A DNA stretch of 38,839 bases from a virus. Taxonomy: Duplodnaviria; Caudoviricetes. The stretch spans positions 1-38,839 of IMG/VR virus record IMGVR_UViG_3300034980_000491. The stretch is one strand, 5' to 3'. How positions within the stretch are numbered: the stretch's first letter is position 1; each line of letters begins with the position of its first letter. Below the pieces are notes generated by a model, which saw only the letters and a list, made by a program, of their open reading frames with translations, did not search any database and was not told where the DNA came from. Below, piece after piece: positions 8,186 through 17,400 of the stretch. The position numbers were made by a program, and so were the translations under genes.

Positions 8186-8488
8186 CTAGTTGATGCTGAT
8201 TTTGTTGAGGTCCAGCCCTTCCTGTATTCCCCGGTGTACCAGATCGAGAAGTTCCGAGTCTGGGGCAACTCGCACTCCCGCCTTTCCCAAGGCCCATTTG
8301 AGTCCTATGCGCTCTTGCACGTCGTTCCAGAGGTTGTACTCCGCGCAGGTATCGATCAACCACTTGCGGGTCAGCTTGGACTTGTTCCATCGCTTCTGCG
8401 CGTGCAGGGCTTCTTTCATCTGGCGCGGGAGCATCTTGGCCCGTTCCATGATGTCGAGTTCTTTCAAGATATCTTCTTTCATGTACAT
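8186..8488 (-). CDS. Hypothetical protein
   Basis: Hairpin plus AAGGAGAAAGGG RBS before ATG 8488. Confidence 0.7.
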   Translation of the reverse strand: MYMKEDILKELDIMERAKMLPRQMKEALHAQKRWNKSKLTRKWLIDTCAEYNLWNDVQERIGLKWALGKAGVRVAPDSELLDLVHRGIQEGLDLNKISIN

Positions 8489-8519
8489 TCCCTTTCTCCT
8501 TTGGCCCGTAGGCCGGTGA

Positions 8520-8738
8520 TTAAAGTGGAAGAACCACGTCATGAGGGGAAACATGGGAGCCACCGAAGCGGGCGACGAGATCGTCGGCAAGGTCGGAGGG
8601 GAGAAAGTGAGCGGTCACAACGGGGCGATCATTGTCGTCGGCCCCGATGGTGAGACCGGGGTCAGCGAAGCCGTTGTCCTCGGTAAGCACGTCCTCGATG
8701 TCAGCGAGGCGGTTTAGGTTGTCGATGGTAAGATTCAT
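8520..8738 (-). CDS. Small acidic hypothetical protein
   Basis: Hairpin plus AAGGAGAAAGGG RBS. Confidence 0.7.
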   Translation of the reverse strand: MNLTIDNLNRLADIEDVLTEDNGFADPGLTIGADDNDRPVVTAHFLPSDLADDLVARFGGSHVSPHDVVLPL

Positions 8739-8770
8739 TTCCCTTTCTCCTTGCCCTGTTCAGGGGCGGT

Positions 8771-9184
8771 TTAGTTTGCGGCTCGGTTTCCCCACAGTCC
8801 GCCTTCATATTCTTTGAGCAGGCGCAAGTTGCGGCTCTGCTCGTCAGTCATGTAGGATTCTGTCCGGTTGTTTTTGAGGATTTTTTTAAGCACCTTCCAC
8901 GTTTCTTCTCCAGCTTTCTTCGCCTCTTCTGTCAAAAAATCTTTTTCAAAACGCCAGACGCGGGGGGCATCTGCCCATGTATTTATGATTGTTTGCAGCA
9001 CCAACAGCTTGACCTCAAAGGTCGTCTCGTCATCGCCCGTGGAGTTCTCGACCTCGAAGGCGTTGTTTTCCACTACGATTTTCTCGATGGCCAAAGAGTG
9101 ACGGTTGAACAAGGCATCTATTTTATTTAACGTCTCTGCCCCGCTCTCTGTTTCTTTTGCCAGTGTTCCTACGCTTGTTTCCAT
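8771..9184 (-). CDS. Hypothetical protein
   Basis: First gene after the promoter at 9223-9251; AAGGAGAAAGGG RBS. Confidence 0.72.
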   Translation of the reverse strand: METSVGTLAKETESGAETLNKIDALFNRHSLAIEKIVVENNAFEVENSTGDDETTFEVKLLVLQTIINTWADAPRVWRFEKDFLTEEAKKAGEETWKVLKKILKNNRTESYMTDEQSRNLRLLKEYEGGLWGNRAAN

Positions 9185-9222
9185 TTCCCTTTCTCCTTCG
9201 TTGTTCGTTCAACCTGAGATGG

Positions 9223-9272
9223 AACTTACACTCTACTCGAAACCCCGTCAAGCTAATTACGAAAAAAGTGTA
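9223..9272 (-). promoter_or_regulatory. Sigma70-like early promoter with two palindromic boxes
   Basis: TTGACG-17 bp-TAAGTT. Boxes TACAC-N5-TCGAA (9227-9241) and TACGA-N5-GTGTA (9258-9272). Confidence 0.72.
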
Positions 9273-9296
9273 AAATAATATCCAGTCCCCTTTTTT

Positions 9297-9722
9297 TCAT
9301 CCCGCGCAAACGGGGCCAATTCCTCGCTCGATGCTTTCGGGATCGGTGAGTTTCCGTCCGCACTTCCCGCAGCGCCCTTCGTGCCAGAACGAGAATGCCG
9401 GTGGAAACTCGTCATCGGAGTTGAGCACCGCGAGGGTAAACCGGAGCGCCTTGAAGCTCGGAGCGGTCGCGGAAATCCGCCCGTCTCTTTTCGGGACGAG
9501 TCTCGCGCCGTCGTCAAAGATGGTTCCGAGGTAGGAGTAATCCCCTTCGTTGTCCGACCCGGTGAGCACCTTCACGAAGAAGGGCTTGTCGCCCCCGCCC
9601 GCGACCTTGTAGGTGAACCGGGTTCCGGTGTTCTCCGAGACGACCGTGAAGGTCGCGGAGCCTTTGGCCGTCTTCGGGCTAAGTACAAACTCTCTGGCTT
9701 TCGTTGCGTTCAAAGTTTTCAT
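9297..9722 (-). CDS. DUF6011-type zinc-finger protein
   Basis: ATFTVVSENTGTRFTYKV...VLTGSDNEGDYSYLG...HEGRCGKCGRKLTDPESIERGIGPVC. Confidence 0.82.
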   Translation of the reverse strand: MKTLNATKAREFVLSPKTAKGSATFTVVSENTGTRFTYKVAGGGDKPFFVKVLTGSDNEGDYSYLGTIFDDGARLVPKRDGRISATAPSFKALRFTLAVLNSDDEFPPAFSFWHEGRCGKCGRKLTDPESIERGIGPVCAG

Positions 9723-9747
9723 TTCCCTTTCTCCTTCTCACCCTTTT

Positions 9748-10248
9748 CTAGGAACTAGATTCGGTGCGATTTTCAAAAATATGATCTCCGCCATGGTCTC
9801 GCTCTGCGACCAGTTCTTTCCAAATGGCGCGAGCCTCTTCGACGGGAAGGGTCTTTCTCGACTCCTTTTCCCACTCCGGGTATCCAGAGTAAGTGGTGTA
9901 CATATCGACAGTCTTTCCGCCAGCATTCGAAACGAACGCCATCCCGGTCATGTCCGCTTCGTCTTCACAGAAGTTGTAGTGAAGATAGTGCGTTGTTTCT
10001 TTGTTCATTTCGGCCTCTTCGTTGCGTGCGATTTCGGCCTTGGTGCTCATGATGAGGTTTTGCCATCCGTGCTTCGCCAGCTTCACAGCGAGCAGGATGC
10101 AGGACTTTGCCGGAACAAATCCGTATTCCTCACGGAAGCACTCGGAAGCGTGTTCACACATTTCAAAATGCGACAGCGGGTGAATCTCGTATGCCCGCAA
10201 AACCATCTCGGCAACCACTTGAATTTCTGATTTGTTCAAATAACGCAT
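9748..10248 (-). CDS. Hypothetical protein
   Basis: AAGGAGAAAGGG RBS before ATG 10248; first gene after the promoter at 10283-10312. Confidence 0.7.
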   Translation of the reverse strand: MRYLNKSEIQVVAEMVLRAYEIHPLSHFEMCEHASECFREEYGFVPAKSCILLAVKLAKHGWQNLIMSTKAEIARNEEAEMNKETTHYLHYNFCEDEADMTGMAFVSNAGGKTVDMYTTYSGYPEWEKESRKTLPVEEARAIWKELVAERDHGGDHIFENRTESSS

Positions 10249-10282
10249 TCCCTTTCTCCTTTGTTCGTTCAACCTGAAAATG

Positions 10283-10335
10283 ATACTACGAGATAATCGT
10301 AATAATAGTCAATCTAATTTTTCACTTTTTTTGTA
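10283..10335 (-). promoter_or_regulatory. Sigma70-like early promoter with palindromic box
   Basis: TTGACT-18 bp-TAGTAT. Perfect TACGA-N5-TCGTA at 10287-10301 and a degenerate copy at 10321-10335. Shares the leader TCAGGTTGAACGAACAA with the 9223 promoter. Confidence 0.7.
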
Positions 10336-10419
10336 CTCTTTGCAGAATTCTTGTAATTTCAACAACTTGCGCCGGGAATTATTTTTGTGAAGTTGTTTTT
10401 GTGGGGTACTGTGGCGACC

Positions 10420-10596
10420 ATGTGGGATGAGTTTATCCGCTGGATGTTGTTTCTGTTGTTGTTGCTGCTGTTGTTCGCATCGCTTATTGTGCTTTCGTGG
10501 ACTCAACACGCGCAGTTCCATAAATCCAAAGGGGGGTATTCCTCTTGGGTTTTTGTGCAGGCTGTGTCTGTTCTTCAGGAAGAAGACGCCGTATGA
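10420..10596 (+). CDS. Small membrane protein
   Basis: Poly-Leu hydrophobic helix; ATGA overlap with the terminase start. Confidence 0.45.
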   Translation: MWDEFIRWMLFLLLLLLLFASLIVLSWTQHAQFHKSKGGYSSWVFVQAVSVLQEEDAV

Positions 10597-12317
10597 CAGA
10601 AAAACAAACCGAGGCAGTCGCAGAACTGCTATCCACGTCCGAAGGGCGAAGGGCGCTGTCCATTCAGAGTCCGGTGTTTTTTGACACCTACTATTGCGGC
10701 ATGAGATTTGCGAAGCATCGAGAGCTTTGGTTGGAGACATTCGAATCAACAACACTTGATGCCGCAGAAAAAAACAGCAAGAACAAGTTGTTGGTCCTTG
10801 CCCCCCGTGACCACGGGAAGACCGAGGCGGGGATCTCCGTTGCCCTTCGCACCATCTGCTTGAATCGAAACGTGAGGATCTTGTGGATCTGCGAGTCGAG
10901 CACTCAGGCCGAAAAGAGAATGCGACGTGTCAAAAGTTTGCTGGAAAGCGACTTGATCACTGGCGACTGGTGCAGCGCGGAGGAAGAGGGCTACGGTCCA
11001 TTTCGAAAGACAGACAACGACCGTTGGATGTCCACACAGGTATATGTCCACAGAAGCCTTCAAAGCGTTGACCCTACACTCGAAGCGGTTGGGGCAAACT
11101 CCAGCGTGACCGGTGGTCACTTCGACCTAATCATCGCAGATGACCTCGAAGACGACCGAACGGTGTACAGCGCGACACAACGCAAAAAGACCCGTGACTG
11201 GTTTCGAGGAACGATCTCTCCGATGTTGTCCGTTGGCGGAACGATGGTGGTCATCGGTACGAGAAAACATCATGATGATTTATATTCACACATAATTGGA
11301 GATCCCACTTTTCGAATCATGCAGGACAAGGCCATTTCGAAATGGCCAGACAACTACAGCTTTCTCATGGAGAAGGACCAGTACAACCGGGAAGTGATCA
11401 CCGGGGTCAAAATCGAAGGGGAGGCGGAAGTTCTTTGGAAAGAAGAGCGTTCCATTGAATACTTGCTACAGGAAAGGCAGTCCGTTGGAAGCCGTTTGTT
11501 TGCCCGGGAATTTCAAAACGAAGTTCAAGACGATAGCGCGGCGGCATTCCGAATGGAGTGGCTGGAAACAGCAAAGTCGAAAGGAAAGAACTTTTGTCTT
11601 TATCAAATCCCTGACATTGACGATTTGGATATTGTTCAGGGGTGGGACTTGGCCTTGGTCACAGATTCGGAGGCCGCAGAAAACCGCGACACGGACTTTA
11701 CTGTTGGCGTGACGTGGGGGAGGGATCCAGATGGCAACCGGTATTTACTAGGATTATGTCGAAGGCGCGGCCTTTCTCAGGCGCAGTTGCAGGCGGTTGT
11801 GGTTCAAGAATATCTCCGCTTCAACAGTCGCCCGCGAATCGTCGCGGTAGAAAAAAACAACTTTGGTGAATTGCACTTCATGGGCCTTCAGCGAAGCACC
11901 GACCTTCCGCTAAAACCGCATTTGACAACGGGGAAGAATAAAGCAGATCCTTGGGACGGCGTTCCTTCCCTTTCCGTTCTTTTTGAAAACGGAAAAGTGA
12001 TATTGCCCACAGGCGATTTGGAAAGCAGGGATGCCATCAAGCCATTGGTGGATGAATTGTGGGGACTTGGAAGAGAGCGCCACGACGATACGGTTATGGC
12101 GCTTTGGATTGCGGAGACGGTTTTGAGAAAATCGGCATTCGTATATCGAATGAGCTTTTCCGAAGATTTGGAATTGGAAGGCGAGGCTGACGAAAGGATG
12201 TTGGGGGAAAGCGGCGGGGAGCAAAGAGTGAAGAAAGACCCCGTTATTCAAAAAATCGAAGACAATCATCTTGAGGGTTTATGGTCAAACCTTCCGGTTG
12301 ATTTGGATATTTCATAG
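10593..12317 (+). CDS. terL: Terminase large subunit
   Basis: Walker A APRDHGKT, Walker B FDLIIADD, VIGTR coupling motif, nuclease acidic motifs QGWDLA, VAVEKN and HDDTVMALWIA. Confidence 0.95.
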   Translation: MTEKQTEAVAELLSTSEGRRALSIQSPVFFDTYYCGMRFAKHRELWLETFESTTLDAAEKNSKNKLLVLAPRDHGKTEAGISVALRTICLNRNVRILWICESSTQAEKRMRRVKSLLESDLITGDWCSAEEEGYGPFRKTDNDRWMSTQVYVHRSLQSVDPTLEAVGANSSVTGGHFDLIIADDLEDDRTVYSATQRKKTRDWFRGTISPMLSVGGTMVVIGTRKHHDDLYSHIIGDPTFRIMQDKAISKWPDNYSFLMEKDQYNREVITGVKIEGEAEVLWKEERSIEYLLQERQSVGSRLFAREFQNEVQDDSAAAFRMEWLETAKSKGKNFCLYQIPDIDDLDIVQGWDLALVTDSEAAENRDTDFTVGVTWGRDPDGNRYLLGLCRRRGLSQAQLQAVVVQEYLRFNSRPRIVAVEKNNFGELHFMGLQRSTDLPLKPHLTTGKNKADPWDGVPSLSVLFENGKVILPTGDLESRDAIKPLVDELWGLGRERHDDTVMALWIAETVLRKSAFVYRMSFSEDLELEGEADERMLGESGGEQRVKKDPVIQKIEDNHLEGLWSNLPVDLDIS

Positions 12318-12372
12318 ACGCTTTCTATTTCGTTGGTTATTCTCCCATCAAATACGAGGCGAGGAGTCTTTC

Positions 12373-12714
12373 ATGTACAAGACAAAGACCTTTGATACAT
12401 CTAGTGCCGCGTACAACGTGGGCGGAACAAAATTTACAGTTACTCGGTATGATACGGGATGGGCGTTGGATGAGATTTATTCGACCCACCAGTTGACGCT
12501 TGAAGACATCGACGGTAGTTCGACAGGAACGGCCACGGTTAAGATTGGCGTTCCCGGTGGTACTTCCCTGAAAACCCATGCGACAGACATGAAGGTGGGA
12601 GACACCATCATGATTGAAGGCCCCCGGGTCAACATCATCGAAGTGGACATCACCCTTGGCACTGGCGCAAGCACCCCCAAACTCATGCTGACATCGGCAA
12701 CGCGAGGTATCTAA
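12373..12714 (+). CDS. Hypothetical virion-associated beta-rich protein
   Basis: GAGGAG RBS; Thr/Gly-rich beta-strand pattern; late operon position. Confidence 0.7.
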   Translation: MYKTKTFDTSSAAYNVGGTKFTVTRYDTGWALDEIYSTHQLTLEDIDGSSTGTATVKIGVPGGTSLKTHATDMKVGDTIMIEGPRVNIIEVDITLGTGASTPKLMLTSATRGI

Positions 12715-12715
12715 A

Positions 12716-14044
12716 ATGGCAACAGTTCGGGATGGAATCAGAGCACAAATTACAAATTCAGGAGAGCTTGGTACAGGCGTCACCGTTGACAACGTGGACA
12801 TCTCAGGCATCAAACTGAATTCGATGCCTACCGCTGCGGACGGCGACATCGACTGCAATGCTCAGGATTTAACGAACGCCGGGTCGTTGGCGGTTTCCTC
12901 TGGAAACGATGGCGATGGGACGATTGCTGTTCGGTCTGGAAACGCCTCCCAGTATTCGAAGATTTCAATGGGGACAGACTCAAACAAGGCAACCATTGGG
13001 TGCCCCGGAGCGGCTGACACGTTCTTTACCGGAGCGGCTCAGGGCGACCTTGTTATCCGGGCTGACGACAACAACAACAAAGTCCATATCGGGGCGGGCA
13101 CATCCGGCCCTGCTGGAATGGTCGTAACAGAGGTCTCCAATGTGGGGCGGGTCGGCGTGGGGACTTCCTCGCCAACGGTCCCTCTCGAAATTCAGGACAC
13201 CACCACAAGCAGCGCATCACAGGGCGGCAATCTTCGTCTCAGCGCGAATGACGGCGCGGTCATGGCCGACGGACACCGACTTGGCGTCCTCGAATTTGCT
13301 GGCGCGGAGGATACTGGCGGCTCGATTACAGTGGGCGCTAGAATCGAGGCGCTTTGTGACGCTACTTGGTCGGCATCGGAGAACGGTGCGGATCTGCTGT
13401 TCTACACTACCGATGGGAACGCTTCCCAAGCGGAGCAGATGCGTATTCTTGCAGACGGCAAAATCGGAATCGGGGTTGCCGATCCCGACGCGGCTCTGGA
13501 GGTTCTACAGGGAAGCGGAAACCAGTTGAAGCTGTCCTTCGACGGGACCGACAATGCGACTTTCGCGGTTGATACTGCGGGGGATCTGACAATCGTTCCC
13601 TCGGGCGGCGATGTCCTCGTTACCGGGACAGTCAAGGCGACTTCTGGCATCGAAGTTACCGGGGGGAATCTCAGTGTGACGGGGGGGATAACTACCACGA
13701 CGGGCATCGAGATCACGACCAATGAGGCGGATTCGGTGGCCGACGTAACTGCCTCTAAATCTTCTGGTTCTAATTTGGGGGGCGCTACGCAGACCGCACG
13801 AAAAGGTGTAGTTTCCTACACGTTCAGCGGTTCCGGCGACATTGACGCAGGAGCGACTGTTTATTCAGACATAGCGAACGCCACCTGTGACGCAGATAGT
13901 GTGGTTCTTGCCTGCCCAACCCATGCCTATATAGGTCTTGAAGTAGCCGCTGTTGGTGATTCCGGGTTTCGCATTTGGGTCAAAAATTTGAATGGCGGTG
14001 CTCCCCACACTGCGGACTTTACTATCAACTACGTTATTCTGTAA
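12716..14044 (+). CDS. Fibre/decoration-like structural protein
   Basis: Repeats GRVGVGTSSP..PLEI and EQMRILADGKIGIGVADP..ALEV typical of phage fibre proteins; beta-sandwich-like C-terminus. Confidence 0.75.
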   Translation: MATVRDGIRAQITNSGELGTGVTVDNVDISGIKLNSMPTAADGDIDCNAQDLTNAGSLAVSSGNDGDGTIAVRSGNASQYSKISMGTDSNKATIGCPGAADTFFTGAAQGDLVIRADDNNNKVHIGAGTSGPAGMVVTEVSNVGRVGVGTSSPTVPLEIQDTTTSSASQGGNLRLSANDGAVMADGHRLGVLEFAGAEDTGGSITVGARIEALCDATWSASENGADLLFYTTDGNASQAEQMRILADGKIGIGVADPDAALEVLQGSGNQLKLSFDGTDNATFAVDTAGDLTIVPSGGDVLVTGTVKATSGIEVTGGNLSVTGGITTTTGIEITTNEADSVADVTASKSSGSNLGGATQTARKGVVSYTFSGSGDIDAGATVYSDIANATCDADSVVLACPTHAYIGLEVAAVGDSGFRIWVKNLNGGAPHTADFTINYVIL

Positions 14045-14062
14045 GTTGAGGACTCGTGCCCG

Positions 14063-14461
14063 ATGCCAAAACCCCATGACCTAATTCCTCCCGCCACAGT
14101 TCGCGTTGTTGCTCAACGCGGGCTGAACCTTTACGAAAAAAGCGGTGGAGCGGGTTGCGAAGAACAGCAACTCGCCAAAGCCATTGTTTCCGAAGAGGCC
14201 CTTACACCCCAACAAGTTGATAGTCTTTCTGAGTTCTTCGATAGAGGAGCTTCGTGGAGAAAAAACATCCGACAACGCGGGTCTTCCGACTATTGCAAAT
14301 GGTTGATGTTGGGGGGGATGCTCGGCATGGGGTGGGTTCAAAAACTCAAGCGCGGCGAAAGCGCAAAGAAAGGGCGTCTTCAGAAAGTTGTGCGTTCTCA
14401 CAAAAAGGATGTCAGAAAGCGGTTTTCTGATATTGTTTCTCGTGTTTCTTCGCGGAGTTGA
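14063..14461 (+). CDS. Head-associated hypothetical protein
   Basis: PPATVRVVAQRGL...FFDR...WLMLGG..G..WV pattern, as I recall from phage head-region proteins; ends with FSDIVS. Confidence 0.65.
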   Translation: MPKPHDLIPPATVRVVAQRGLNLYEKSGGAGCEEQQLAKAIVSEEALTPQQVDSLSEFFDRGASWRKNIRQRGSSDYCKWLMLGGMLGMGWVQKLKRGESAKKGRLQKVVRSHKKDVRKRFSDIVSRVSSRS

Positions 14462-14463
14462 AA

Positions 14464-17400
14464 ATGCCCCAAGGTGTGGACGAGAAGGTTTGGAACAAAG
14501 CCAAGTCACTTGTTGAGCAGCAATATGGTTCTGCGAAAGACAAGTATGCGCTCGTCATGCACCTCTACCAAAAAATGATGGGCGCAAAGAAAGCCCATTC
14601 CTTTTCCGATATCATTTCCCTAGTCAAAGGCGGCGGTCCCTACATCGGCCCTCGCGGGGGCAAGTGGGCAGACGCAAAACATACGATCCCTTGGAAGGCA
14701 GGCGGGGCAAAGAAGAGCATTTTCTCAAGGCTGATGGATGCCATCAAGAAGAAGAAGAGGTTCTTTTCAGAGACAGCCTTGAGCGCCGTCAACAAGATGG
14801 TGGACTTGGACAAACTCAAAGAACTTCGAGATGCCTTGAAGTCCTCCATGAAGGAGGAGCCGAAAGCGAAGAAAGAGCCGGAAGAGAAGAAAGAGAAGAA
14901 AGAGGCAAAGAAAAAGAAGCCCGCTGCCCCCAAGAAGAAAGGCGGGGTCTCTGCGAAGCAATTGCTTGCAGCCATCGAGAAGCGCATTGCCAAGCTGGAA
15001 GGGAAGAAGCCAGAGAAGAAAAAACGCCCATCCTTTGAACAGCAAGTAAAGCAAATCTCTTCTTATGCGGAATTCAAAAGCCTGTATCAAAAAACGCTTC
15101 TTACCATGTTTTCGTATACACCGGGTGAGGCGGGGTCTGCGGTTTTTGCGGAAAAGATGGGCCACCTAGAAGATGCCTTTCCTGATTTCGCAAAGAAGTA
15201 CGACGAAGAGCAAGAGAAGAAGGGCGCTCTCAAGCCCGACGTTAGTGATGCCGGTGGAAAACAAGAGACAATCCGGCGTCCTGAGTTTTTGAGTTGGTTC
15301 GGGGATTGGACCAAGGGCAAAGGCTCCAAGGTTGTCAACGAGGCAGGAGAGCCGGAAGAACAATTCGGACACAAGCCCGTGAAGATGTTTCATGGGACTG
15401 CCGTGGGGGGGTTCACGTCTTTCGATCCAGACAAAGACAAAGGCGGGAACATTTTCGGTAAAGGGTTTTATTTTACAGCGGATCGGGAGATCGCAGAATC
15501 CTACACGAAGAAAGACGAAGAAAGCGCGGCAAGTCTTGCGACCCATTTGGAAGACGCACGAGGCAAGAAGGTTGAGAGCCTGAGCGCGGAGCAAGTTCAA
15601 AAAGTTTTCGACGCGAACTTCCGTCAGATGAAGGTTCGAGGCAAAAACGGATACGAACTCATCTCCCCTACAAATTTAAGCGTAGACCTGAATGCCTATG
15701 GGACACCGGGGTATTCTGGCGGGGCACCCCGCCTTATGTCCCATGAAGCAATAAAAGGGCAAATACTTGTCGCAATGGCTGATTCTGTGGACGCAAGCGG
15801 CACCGTGAAAATGGATCGGTTTTTTGAGGCATTGGAAACCCAACCTCACCTCCCCCCAAAAGGCGAACGAACAGGAATCGAGGATACAGCGGGCGAGTCT
15901 ACTCCAGACGTAAATCGCGCTCGTGCCTTGCGTACTTTTGGAGAGCCGCTGAGTTTGGGATATGGAGGCGGTCCCCCTGCGGAAGTGTTCGAGGTATATT
16001 TGTCGGTCAAGAACCCGATTGACATGGATAAAGAAGCCTCTCGGGAGGCGTTTAGCTCTCTCGCTCGATTTGAATTGGATAAACTTCTTGCGCGTTCAAA
16101 GTCTCGGTTTTCCAAACTAGAAGCAGACATAAAAACACAGAAGAAAGATTTAGAGGAAATCAAAAACGCCCCGATCAAGGATCAAACGTCGCAGTACCGT
16201 AGTTATCCGCACCCGGCCACGCAAGAGATAATTAGAGAAGAGGCAAAGCCGGGTCATCGCTGGGGAAGTCAGGGTGGTGGTCGCTTGGAGCAGATACCGC
16301 AAAGTGAAGTTGCTGCTTTCAATGAGAAAAAACACCTCCGAAGTGTGGAATATCATGCGGAAAGAGTAGAGCAGTCCATTGAATACTTGGGGTACGAAAA
16401 AGCGAGACTTGAGAAATATAAAAAAGAACTGGCTTCTGACAACCCGACTTATGAAGCGTACTTCAAGACCTTTGTTGTAGGTTACGATGAAGATGTCACA
16501 GCCATCGGCGGCGTGAAGGGTGAAGGCTCTTACGGGACTTCCTATGATGATCTGCTTGCTCTAAAAAAACACTTTCGAAAAAGCAAATATGACGAGGATC
16601 TAACTCATTGGAATGGGCAAGAAGTCAAAGCCGGTGACCCCGTGCATGAGATGTTCCATTTAAGCGATGCCGATACGTTGACGTGGGGAGATATTCATTA
16701 CCTCATAACCGACCGGCATCAATCCAGCAGCACCCAAAGTTCGTTTACCGAGTGGGCCAAGCGCGAGGGTCACGACGGAATCCATCACACGGGCGGTTGG
16801 AACATCGGGTCGAAAGAGCATTCCGTCTGGATTGCATTTGAGTCAGAGCAGATTAAATCGGTTGATTCGGAGAACTTCGATCCCAAGTCGGTTGATATTT
16901 ACAAAAGCAGAAACCCCAAGATGGCATCTACCTTTTCCAATATCCTTTCCCTAGTCAAAGGCGGTGGTCCATACATCGGCCCCCGTGGGGGCAAGTGGGC
17001 TGACGCAAAACATACGATCCCTTGGAAGCCTGAAAAGAAGAAGAGGAAAAAACGGTCCAAGTTTCCGTTCAGAGACGCTCAGACCTCCCTGTTCCCCCCC
17101 AGTCTGGCGGAGGGCAAGGTTTACGAGAACATTGACCTTACAGTCCGTAGAACGGAAGTGTGGAAGGATCCTCATCGACCAAGGGATCCAAACATAGCTG
17201 ACCAAAAAGCTATTGCACGGCGTGATTACAACCCGCTCCACCCATCTTCTGGCGACGACACTGCTCTGGAGGATGTGCAGGATATTACCAAGCGCGTGTT
17301 TGGCCGAGCTTTAACGGTGCAAGAGGTTTGTGCCCTCGCAGGACTCCCATCCAATGCCACAGCGAAAGTGCGCGTAGACTATATTGAACGGGAGGGGTCA

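Noticed and set aside
10593-12317. Intein or intron in terL (also considered for portal and capsid)
   Set aside because: The reading frames are continuous and of ordinary length, without splicing or homing-endonuclease motifs.
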